DNA of 62,942 nucleotides, counting the filler, from Fonticula-like sp. SCN 57-25 (taxonomy: Eukaryota): NCBI GenBank assembly GCA_001724245.1. It is 3 parts of 3 records of this genome, joined end to end, with 100 filler letters (N's around TTAATTAATTAA, not from the genome) between each part and the next. Parts side by side here need not be neighbours in the genome. Positions count along the whole stretch, not along the records: positions 21,274 to 42,262 come from MEDX01000087.1; positions 42,363 to 62,942 come from MEDX01000089.1; 1 more part is not named here. One strand, given 5' to 3'. Positions within the stretch are counted from its first letter, which is position 1. Each line of letters starts with the position of its first letter. Below are positions 39,201 to 49,429 of this stretch, one piece after another. Both the position numbers and the translations under genes were made by a program. Below the pieces are notes generated by a model. It had not been told where the DNA came from. It saw nothing but the letters and a program-made list of their open reading frames with translations, and did no database searches.

Positions 39201-39670
39201 GGGAACCGGTTCACTGCTACCAATGGCGTGCTGTGCTCAAGCGAGCGGCAAATGCTTTCTAGCTGCTGATGCGAGGTCAGCATTGCTACCATCCGCTCCT
39301 CGAGCAGCGCATAGCGTGGCAGGTCGATCTTGAGCGAGTGAAGATGCGCATCCGCAGCCGCTTGCAGGTACACCTCCACGTCGTTTGTCAAAGCAAGGTC
39401 ACACGCAATCTTTCCGTTTGCATCGCGCATGTCGAGGGGAGCCCCCAGCCGTACGAGAAGGCGCGCGATCTCATAGTAGCCGAGGCACGCGGCCCAATGC
39501 AGCGGGGTGCGACCTATCGAGTCGACCTCGGCCAGCACTTCGGCGCTGTTGGCCAATTGCGCCACGCGCTCAAACTGACCGTCAGCGACTGCATGGTGAA
39601 GGATCGAGGCGGAGCTATCCTCCTTGAGCTCTCCCGCCAAGTGCGCGATCGACTCGTCCTCGTCCTGCAT
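33253..39670 (-). CDS. ankyrin + coiled coil + sacsin/NO VEIN-like GHKL ATPase + C-terminal DUF3883 (NOV_C) protein
   Basis: Ankyrin GRTPLHWAA. An intron at ~39119-39167 joins it in frame (AEK-AMTEFL) to FVVELIQNADDN, NNEVGF, ALCDIGGSTK, HIGRKGVGFKSVF and FCYLP..FIVQADF..SRQDI..NLWL. The C-terminus has LGYDFEY..FEVKG..ISDNEW. Confidence 0.82.
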
Positions 39671-39890
39671 CAGCACGCTGACTCACTGAATTGGTGTGAT
39701 TGGTTGATTTTTGAGGAGTAGGCCGATTCGACCAATGGAGCTTTCGAGCAGAAGCAAGTGCACAATATGGGTATGCCACACTTTATATGTTGCAAATTTA
39801 TGGCAACGCAGATACAAAATCGTATAGAAGATGGGCGTTAAGCCAAAACCTATTATATACAAACAATAAATTGTCAAATGAGCCTCATCG

Positions 39891-42105
39891 TCAAATGACG
39901 AGACTGGCGTCGTCGGGGATCTCGAGCAGCCGACGAATATCCTCGTCGTTGAAGCCGAGCATATACAGCACAGTGGCAAGGCTGCTGTCGTTGACGCGGA
40001 ATGGCGCCCTCTCCTGTACGATGGGCTTGGCGCGGAACGCGACCCCGACGCCGGCATCGGCGAGCATCAAGAGGTCATTGGCGCCATCGCCGACGGCCAG
40101 GATCTGCGACCTGTCTATCCCGTGCTTCTCCGCAAGCATGTTGAGCACCTGGGCCTTGCGCTTGGCGTCCACAATGTCGCCCACGACCTGCCCCGTAAAG
40201 TTGCCGCCAGCGTCCACTTCCAGCGTGTTGGCAAAGCAATAGTCTAGGCCAAGCACAGACTTTATGTGCTCGGCAAGCGGCAGGAACCCGCCCGACACCA
40301 CGACAAGGATGCACCCCAGCCGCTTGAGGCTGCGGCATAGCGTGAGGGCGCCGTTGGTGAGCTCGAGGTTATCCCGGACAACGTCAAAGTACGACGACGG
40401 GTGACCACCAAGCAGCTCGACGCGCTACGCAACGACGCGTGAGCAGGAGAATGTGACAAGAAAAAGAAACGTACCTTGCGCAACGACCATTGAAAATCGA
40501 GCTTGCCAGACATGGCTTCGGCCGTGATCTGGCTCACTTGAGCTTGCTTGCCGGCGAGGGCGGCGAGCTCGTCAATGACCTCCTGCTGGATGAGCGTCGA
40601 GTCCATGTCAAACAGCACGAGTCGCTTGTGGCGCCTAAACACATTCTCCTTTTGCAAGTGAATGTCAATCTTGTACGACGTCGCGAGCTCCCGCAGCGAG
40701 AGGCTCAGATCCGCGGTGATCTCGGGCGTCTCGGGGATGCCGACGCTCATTTCGAGTGCGCGGCAGCACCGCTCTGACAGCCGCTTCGTGCTCAGGACGG
40801 CGACGCCATAGTGAATGAACAGGTTGACAGTGTCCGACAGCGCCTGCGCCGAGATATCCTCGGGCGCAACGAGCGTGACAACAAAGTTGGCGCTCGGGTC
40901 AAGCCTCTGCTGCAGCTCGGGCTCGGCGAGCGTGTGGTCGCTGTTAATCGAGAGGCGTAAGCAAATGCAAACAAAAAAATTTAATACAACGCACGATGCA
41001 GACGGGATTTCAAAGTTGACGACGGCGTTCAGCCTTGCCGCGTCTTCCGTCAGCTCGCGAAAAACGTCCACGTCGTCCGAGTGTAGGGCGACGAGCGCGC
41101 CGACCGTCATTGCGTGGTGCACGCGCGCGAGGCTCACGTCGTGTATGACCGACTTGTACCTGGCGAGCGCGCGCACCATGCACCCGAGAATATCGGTGCC
41201 CTGGGACCCCGTGACGGTCACAACGATACGCTGGGCGAGCTTGGGCGACTGCTCGGCGCGCTGCGACGCGGCTGCCTTGAACAGCTGCAGCGGCCCCGAC
41301 GACGATGACGTGGACGTAGGCCCGTTCGCGGCAAACACGGCGCTCTGAAGGATGGCGGGAGTGTCCTCGTGCTGGACGCGGGGCCTCTTTTGCGGCGCCG
41401 ATGATGCGGCAACCTCGGACACCAGGCGCGACTTTAACTCGGCCAACGACAGGTTCTTGGTAACGGGAAGCATCGCAATGCGGTATAAATACGACGAGCG
41501 GATATTCAAATTCGTGTGCTTTTCGAGCTTTTTGAGGATCTTGATTATTCCAGTGTAGTTGAGCACCACAAAGTTTTCGAGCGACACGATCCGCTCGAGG
41601 AGCGCGTGCGAAGCTGCGCTCGCCTCAGTTTCGCCCGGTCCTACTCGCCGCACTTAGCATACTACAAAGGCTAAAGTATACCGCACCTTCAGCGTGCGAA
41701 GCGGTCCGCGTGCGTGAGCTTTCCTGCTCCTGCCGGGCAGCGCGGATGGCAGCGACCTCTTCCACGTAGCATGCGTTCAGGCGGAGCACCTGCGAGTCGA
41801 GCTCGGTCAGGAAGAGCACAACCGAGCTATTCAGCAGATCTAGGCGCTCGTGCACCAACTGGGGAAAGTTGGGCACCAGGATCGAGTCCAGGGAGGACCC
41901 GGCCGCCGTGTAATCTTTGGGAAACCATGCAGAGCCCGTGCGCGTCCGCAGCGGACGAATGATGCGCTTGAGGGGCTGCAGAGAAGAGAGATCAGAGATG
42001 CCAAAGGAATGGTAACAAAGTTCGCACCTTGTACTCTATGCTTGCGGTCCGGAACGGCTCTTCGAGCTGCGACCGCCGCTCCTCGAGGTACTTGCCGTAC
42101 TTCAT
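39891..42105 (-). CDS. SPX domain fused to ACT-ACT-HAD phosphoserine phosphatase (SerB-like)
   Basis: SPX: MKYGKYL, YKPLKRII (after splicing), FLTELDSQV..N..Y and LENFVVLNYTGIIKILKKLEK. ACT-like segments VVTVTGSQG and FVVTLVA. HAD motifs FDMDSTLIQQEVIDELA, VSGGF, K in DAKRKA, and GDGANDL..AKP. Confidence 0.9.
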
Positions 42106-42262
42106 GCCAGCGGTGGGCACAACCTTGGCAACAACAGGGCAACAACGTCGCACGCGCCAAATCTCACGGGGCAACGGGATATTCGAATCATTACGGATCA
42201 GACCACGTGGATGGTATCATTACGCCCCTCTGCAAAGTGCGCGGCAAGCGCGAGTGCCCGCG

Positions 42263-42362
42263 NNNNNNNNNNNNNNNNNNNNNNNNNNNNNNNNNNNNNN
42301 NNNNNNTTAATTAATTAANNNNNNNNNNNNNNNNNNNNNNNNNNNNNNNNNNNNNNNNNNNN
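42263..42362. other. artificial contig-joining spacer (N44-TTAATTAATTAA-N44)
   Basis: Identical 100-nt design to the first spacer. Confidence 0.97.
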
Positions 42363-43171
42363 GGACGCGCTAAGGTTCAAGTAGTGCCACCTAAGATCAA
42401 ATGCAAAAAAAGAGCGTTCAGTATGTATGCTTGTAGCCAATAAAGGGGCAGCGCACATTTGCCCGCTGACGCGGCCAATGAGAGACGCAGTCACTCGACC
42501 AAAGTTGTTGGAAAGCGAGGGCTGGGAATTCCAATTCAGTGTGGAAATATCCCTATGAAAAACTCATCGGTTAATCAAGCGTCGCATAAATTAAAAGGAT
42601 GTACCATGAAACCGTAGGAGCGTCTGCCCAAATTGTCGAGGGAATTCCCAGCATGTCCGGATTACACACTCCTAAATAGTTCGATTGGTACATGAAGACT
42701 TGAGGGGTTCCCGAGGCGCAAAACTTGGCGGTGTTGGGCTGCATCGCGCCAGTCGCAATGTGAGCACAACGTTTTACTATAACCCAACGCGCACCGCAAA
42801 AGAAGTGAAGTCGAATTGCCAATAACTAATCATCGTCGGCGCTGATCCAGTGCCCCAAAAGTACGTGATCGATGTAGCCCCTATCGTGGGATTAGCATTG
42901 GGAATACGACGAAAAAGATCAACACAATACAAGAGCCGGCTCGTACATCCGTTTGCGTTGGGGATGCCAACGGGCCATCCGACTGTGGGTGTGCTACTCC
43001 AGGTGCTAGCCGCCGTTACGGCGTATGCCTTGCTGTTGTTCGCAGCAGTGGCTAGCAATACAGGTTAGAATAGAGCCACGCTGCCATCAACAAAAAGTAC
43101 GTACAGAGCGACACCAAAACCGCCAGCAGCGCGGCGAGGAGCACCCTTCGCGCCCTCCATCCGCCGGCCAT
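42363..43171 (-). CDS. putative secreted/surface protein, 5' part with several short exons (3' truncated)
   Basis: ATG at 43171 gives MAGGWRARRVLLAALLAVLVSL, which resembles a signal peptide. An intron GTACGT..CTAAC..TAG splices it in frame to STAANNSKAYAVTAASTWSSTPTVGWP. Further GT-AG introns follow. Confidence 0.55.
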
Positions 43172-43848
43172 TTTTTTGTGTGGAGAGGACCCTGACAACA
43201 GTTATGGAAAATTTTTGCCCGTTCGCCTCCTTGAATTGGCAAAGACCGGATGGCCAATGGCGATCGTTCTTTGCATCATTCCAGCCAATCATGGATGAGT
43301 TGCAATTTGCTGATGCCAAAATAACAAAACAATCCAGATCGTACATGAAAGGATCTAGATTGACTTTTGTCGAATCTCGCTCAATCGCTAAATCGACCAG
43401 ATCGACGATTGAGAGAGCGGTACATGCGCACCAAACTGACTATATAATGCTTGTCCCTGATGTAATTCATCTTTATGTAGCAGTTCCGAGCACACGAACA
43501 TGTCAGATAGCCTCATTATGGGCACCTTCGCCCACACCCCTAGGCAACCGCAGGGATTTTACTCGTGACTGGATTGATCAATTCGGGTAACCTTGTGACA
43601 GCATTTTTTTGCTCTTCAGTGTTCGCTTGTACTGCGCATGTAGCCACCTGTAGCTGGCCGGTGATGGCGTGTCAGGCACACCTCACAGATGCCGTTCATG
43701 AGATGATGGAATGAGCGTTCTTTCTATTGCTTTTCCGCACAGCAGGGCTGCGATTCAGACTATATGATCACGTGGGTGGTTTGCAGTTTGCAATTTTACG
43801 TGCTGCTGCTGCCAGCAGCAGCGGAAAGCGGCAAGAGTGTTCGCAATA

Positions 43849-45997
43849 ATGGCGCATCAGTTGGTGAAGAAGGCGAGCATTCGACTACACACAACTGATG
43901 TATGTTTGTTGTATTCCGCTCGTAGCATGGTCATGGTCTGACGCGGAAAGTAATTTTAGACGCTGGGGTCACAAGTCGTGTGTGCGATTTCTCCCGACGG
44001 CACTTTGGTGGCATCGGGCAGTTGGGACAGGTCACTCTGCATCACCAATATCGCCACGCAGGAAAAGGTGTACACTGTGCAGTGTGAAAGTTTTGTACGC
44101 ATCTTTTTGTTCTCTTTGGACTCTTTTTTGTTCTGACCATCGTGTAAGGTGCGCGATGTCGCGTGGTCGCCCGACGGGACGCGCCTTGTCGCCGCGGTAA
44201 GTGGTATTTTCTCCGACGAGAGCGTTGTCATTGAAGTCACCAACAACAATGCGCACTCGGTCGTGTACGATAATAACACATATGTATGCATCACGCCTGC
44301 TGCTCCTTCGTTGCTCATCCCTTGTATAGTTGTTTGGATGCGCGTTCAGTCCCAGTGGAATCCTTGCCGTCGGTGGACATGATCAAGCAGTGACACTTTT
44401 GGACCCATCCAACAACTATTCAGTTAGTGAAAAATTGACAGGATTGTCTTATTGGGTGCGTAGTGAATGAATTCTTTCTGTAGCTCACTCGAAAGTATTA
44501 GGTGAATTCCCTCGCCTTTTCCCCCGATGGTAATCTTCTTGCCGTGGGATGTACTGGTGGCCACCTGTATATTTATAAATTGACCAATGGCAAGTGGGCG
44601 CAAGAGGCTTATAACAAATATCACTCTAATTCTGTACGATATTTCACCTTGTATTGCCATGGACTTACGGTCCCTGTCACTAGGTCGTTTCACTCTGCTT
44701 CAGTCCCTCTGGCCGCATGCTATTGGCCACAAGTACTGACGATACTGCTTCCATCTGGAATGTTCCATCTAATGCCACGTGGTCAACCACTGCTCCCGTG
44801 ACACTTAAGGGGCACATGAGTGGTGTCAAAGGCGGCGCCTTTCTCGGAGACGAGTCGCACGTCATCACTGTGTCACATGTTTTCATCCGCATTTGGCGCA
44901 CCTCTGATGGAGTGCAAACTGCAAACTACATATGTGGTCAACAGGTGTGTCACGCTTTGTCTATTTATATTGCTTACCCATTTTGGTATGCAGGTGATGT
45001 CATCGTCTTATCACGCTGCGTCTGGCAACATTATTGTTGGTCTTTATGATGGTCAAGTGGAAATGTGGCAAACTGATCCGTATATTGCAACTCCTGACTC
45101 TCAAACTGCCCCTCAAGTTGCACTTCCCGCCCATGAATGCGTCCGCGAGCGTCTGGCAGAGGCGCAGGCACAGGCCAAGGACATTGAGAAATTGATTGAA
45201 AAGGCTAAAGATGGATTACGTCAGTATGTGTCACGTGATCAGGAGCGCAAGAACTCCATTTCTGATCTTGAGACCAAATGTGCGTACATATCTAATGATG
45301 TATTATTTCCTCTTCTGACATGTGTCTAGTGGCAAACGAACAAAACAACGTCGAGGATATGCAAACTCCCGAGTATATTGCAGAGTCACGTGAGTTGACT
45401 AAACTGATGGAGCGCCGTGATTTGCTGCTTGGCATTATTCATGGCTGCACGCAGATATTTGACAGTTTGACAGATTGCCTATCTGTTTCCGGATTGGACG
45501 ACCTTCGTGGTGATATTTTTAAAGAGTGGCTGTGCGACATTGGCATGCGCAAACTGCAAACTGCATTTAAGGACATTGATGGCGCTACCTTGACAATGCT
45601 CACTGTGAGTGACGTCATGGAGTATGACGTCACCTTTAAAGATGCCGCCGCCCTTCAACTATCTGGCTACATTGCGCACTACAAGCTAAGTGATGACAGC
45701 GCATTTGCCCCACCACGTGGCAGTGTTCTATCATGGAACGAAGCGCAAACTGCACACTGGATTGCTTCACTTGATGCTCCTTTTTCTTCTCTTGCCTTTG
45801 CTGGCTGGCATGGTGCTGCCTTATGTTCACTTTCGCCGCCACGTGTCATTGAAGCATTGAAAGGAAAACTCAATGCTGCTGATGCGGTAAAGTTCCTCAA
45901 CCTCATCCGAACTGAGCGCACCCACGTGGACAATGACAAGCCCACGTGGGTTTCCAAATGGAGTGGCGCAAGCACCATCATCCATCAACCCACCTAA
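43849..45997 (+). CDS. WD40 repeats + coiled coil + two SAM-like domains, paralogue 1
   Basis: WD repeats (VAWSPDGTRL, LAFSPDGNLLAVG, DDTASIWNV, LKGHMSGV), a coiled coil, then FKEWLCDIGM..DIDGATLTML and SWNEAQTAHWI..WHGAALCSL. Confidence 0.72.
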
Positions 45998-46182
45998 CAT
46001 CCATATTCATCATCATTATTCATCACTTTTTTAAACAGTCCCTTATATTGGTTAAAGGGTCTATTTGGATTCTTATCCAAATATCATAGTGACTCGCTAG
46101 CCATACTTGGACAGGCTAGCGTGTCATATACATTCATGTGTCTCTTTGAGACTCGTATGTGACGTCGAGCATGATGCTTAAG

Positions 46183-46256
46183 CAGACACGTGACGTCATA
46201 CTGCCCTTTCGCCATTGGCAGACACGTGACGTCATGCTGCCCTTACGCCATTGGCG
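46183..46256 (+). repeat. ~37-bp direct duplication carrying CACGTG, TGACGTCA and an ATTGG (CCAAT) box
   Basis: CAGACACGTGACGTCAT-CTGCCCTT-CGCCATTGG occurs twice in tandem. Confidence 0.8.
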
Positions 46257-47096
46257 AGCTTGTCCTCGAAAAGTTCGAAGAGCTGCCCGTGGTTGAAAAG
46301 GCCGCCTTTTCTATTCGTGCAATACGCGGCTTTCGAGGAGCGGTTGGCGATGTTGCTCAAAAATTCCTCCCAGGAGCGGTCGTTGCATGCAATCCCTTCC
46401 ATGGGGTCGGGTCACGTGCGCGGGATCGATGTGCCAGAATGACGTCATCAGGGCTTTCCACAAAGAAAAGAGTGCCTTGCAGTGCTTGAAGCGCGACTTC
46501 ACAACGTCCGCAGTGAAGAGCGAGGCGTCGAGAGTCTCGCTTTTGGTGAGGGATCACGTGACGCGTTGTCACGTGGTCAGTTGACGCGCTGACACGTGGC
46601 CAATTGGAAATTTGCCGTTTGCCTTGTACGCAGACAATGTTTTTTTCAGACCGTGTGTGCGCGTCGAATGTTGAGGTCTGCCAGCAAATGGGTCAGATTC
46701 ACGTGATTGTAATCACGTGATCTGTGTCGAGCGCGTCCTGAAAGAAGATGGCATTTTCGTCGCCAATCCGTCGATCCCCCTCAGCCGTTCTTGAGGGTCG
46801 AATCCGGCGAGCCTGATAAAATTGTGGCACATCCTTCAATAATAATAAAGGAATAAATTATTCATAATTATTATTCGAATTTTGAAACCAAATGGACCCT
46901 TAATTTTTTTCGTTGTGCCTTTCTTATTGATTGCCTTTGTATTGATACGGGGTTTCATGCTCTCGTGACTGCAATTTACCTTGTGATGATTTTCGCATGT
47001 CACGTGACTATGATCACGTGTCATAGTTTGAAAGCTGTCACTTTGCAAGAGCTTTGCAGGGCGGCGCCCGGGAAAGAGTGAAGAGTGCTTGACGCG

Positions 47097-49204
47097 ATGG
47101 CGCTTCAACTGGACAAGAAGGCGAGTATTCAAGTACACGAGGCGTCGGTACGTTGTCATTTTCTGTCGCCCGATGTGTGCTGCCGCTGATCTGATGCTGC
47201 TTGTACTGCAGTTGAGAGGGTGTGCGATTTCCCCCTGCGGCACTTTGTTGGCAACTGGCGGTCTTGACAGTTCGCTCTGCATCACCGAGTTTGCCACAGA
47301 GGCAAAGGTGTACACAGCACACTGTGATAATCATGTACGCGTCTTTTTGTCCTTTGTGTGCTGATGTCATTTTATTAAAGGCGTATGGTGTTGCGTGGTC
47401 GCCCGACGGGAGGCGCCTTGTCGCCGTGACTAGTGATGGCCGCGTCATCCAAGTCACAAACAACAACTCGCACTCGACGGTGTACAGGATCAACACGAAT
47501 GTGCGCATTATGTTTACTGCTCTTTTTTTGCTCATCTCTTGTTTAGTTGAACGGATGTGCGTTCAGCCCCCGCGGGATCCTTGCAATCGGTGGAGGCGAT
47601 AAAGCAGTGACGCTCTTGGATCCATCAAGACAGTTTTCAGTTATTGGAACAATTAAAGGGCTGGCTAATACTGTACGATAATGAATGAGTACTAGTCTTG
47701 ATGTTGCTCACAGTAGCCCATGCAGGTGATGCGTCTCGCCTTTTCCCCCGATGGGAATCTCCTTGTCGCGGGATGCGGTGATGGCCACATATACATTTAT
47801 GGACTGACCAATGGCAAGTGGGAACAAGTAACAGGTATCATGCATCATTCTGGATGGGTATGATACTTTTAATGATTATTCTATTTGTTAATTATTTCTA
47901 GATATGGTCACTGTGCTTCAGCCCCTCTGGCCGCATGCTATTAGCCACAAGTTTTGACAATACTGCCACTATATGGAACGTTCCAACTGGGACCACGTGG
48001 CCATCCATTCCTCACGTGACACTCAAGGGACACACAGATCAAGTCAGAGGAGGCGCCTTTTTGCGCGACGAGTCACACGTGATCACTGGATCGGGCGATG
48101 GGTCGCTCCGTGTTTGGCGCACCTCTGATGGAGTGCAAACTGCAAACTACGAAAGTGGGAACGTGTGTCACACACATACTTTTCTATTTTAGTACTCACG
48201 TTTGTTGCTATGCAGGTGTATTCATTGTCGTATCATGCTGCGTCTGGCAAAATAGCTGTCGGTCTTAATGATGGTCTCCTGGAAGTGTGGCAAACTATTC
48301 TTCATATTGCACCATATGCTGCCCCTCGAGCGGCCCTTCCCGCCCACGTGTGCGTTTGCTGGCGGCTGGCCGAGGCGCAGGCAGAAACGGACAAGATCCA
48401 AGTGACCCTTGACAAAGCCAACAATGGATTACGTCAGCAAATGTCACGTGAACAAGAACTGAAGCGCTCGATTGCAGACCTCGAAGCCAAATGTGCGTTC
48501 ATATATGATTATGTTATTATAGTACTAATATGATGTTAGTGGCGAGCGAGAAAAAGGCGCTAAAGGAACTGCAAACTGACGAGTATATTGCACAGTCACG
48601 TGAGTATAGTATGCTGAATGAGCGCCACAATGAACTATTGGGTGTCATTCACGGCTGCACGCAGACACTTGACAGCTTGACAGATTGCTTATCTGTTTCG
48701 GGATTGGAGGACCTGCGCGGCGACACCTTCAAAGAGTGGCTGTGTGACATTGGCCTACGCAAACTGCAAACTTCACTTACAGGCATTGATGGCGCAACCT
48801 TGACGATGCTCCATGTGAGAGACGTCATCGATCACGGTGTGTCATACCCCGATGCCGCCGCCCTTCAAATGCATGGCTACATGGCGCACAACAAGCTGAG
48901 CGACGACAGCACATTTGCCCCGCCACGTGGGAGTGTGCTATCATGGACTGTTAAGCAAACTGCAAACTGGATCAAATCTCTAAATGACCCATATGATTGC
49001 TTATGTGATGCTGACTGGCATGGTGCTGCCCTATGTTCACTTTCGCCGCCACGTGTCATTGAAGCAAGCAAGGGAGCACTCAAGGCGCCAGATGCAGTAA
49101 AGTTTATCGGACTAGTGCGTCAAATGAGAAAGATAGTGGACGGCGACAAGGCCACGTGGGTATCAACATGGAGTGGTTCGACGCCCATCGATCAAGCGCC
49201 CTAG
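47097..49204 (+). CDS. WD40 repeats + coiled coil + two SAM-like domains, paralogue 2
   Basis: Same exon structure and clearly similar sequence to paralogue 1 (MALQLDKKASIQ vs MAHQLVKKASIR, with shared SLTDCLSVSGL, FKEWLCDIG and WHGAALCSLSPPRVIEA). Confidence 0.75.
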
Positions 49205-49429
49205 TGCTATTGCTTCCATTCACACTCATATCAATACTATATCTATAAACCAATAAACCGCATGACCAGAATCAATAGTATCAACCCTCTCACATTATCC
49301 AATATACTGTATGGCCATACCATTAACCACACTCACATTCATACCCATATTTTCAACCCTTTTCCCACACTTTTCCAACACTTTCCTATCAATCTCTTAT
49401 TACTTTCAATCTCAATTATATTTATTCAT

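Noticed and set aside
43180-43590. 136-aa plus-strand ORF
   Set aside because: It has a non-ATG start and no recognisable motif, and it overlaps the presumed promoter of the secreted-protein gene.
46190-46584. Short ORFs on both strands in the CACGTG-rich spacer
   Set aside because: There is no consistent frame, splice pattern or motif. A decayed gene fragment cannot be excluded but is unsupported.
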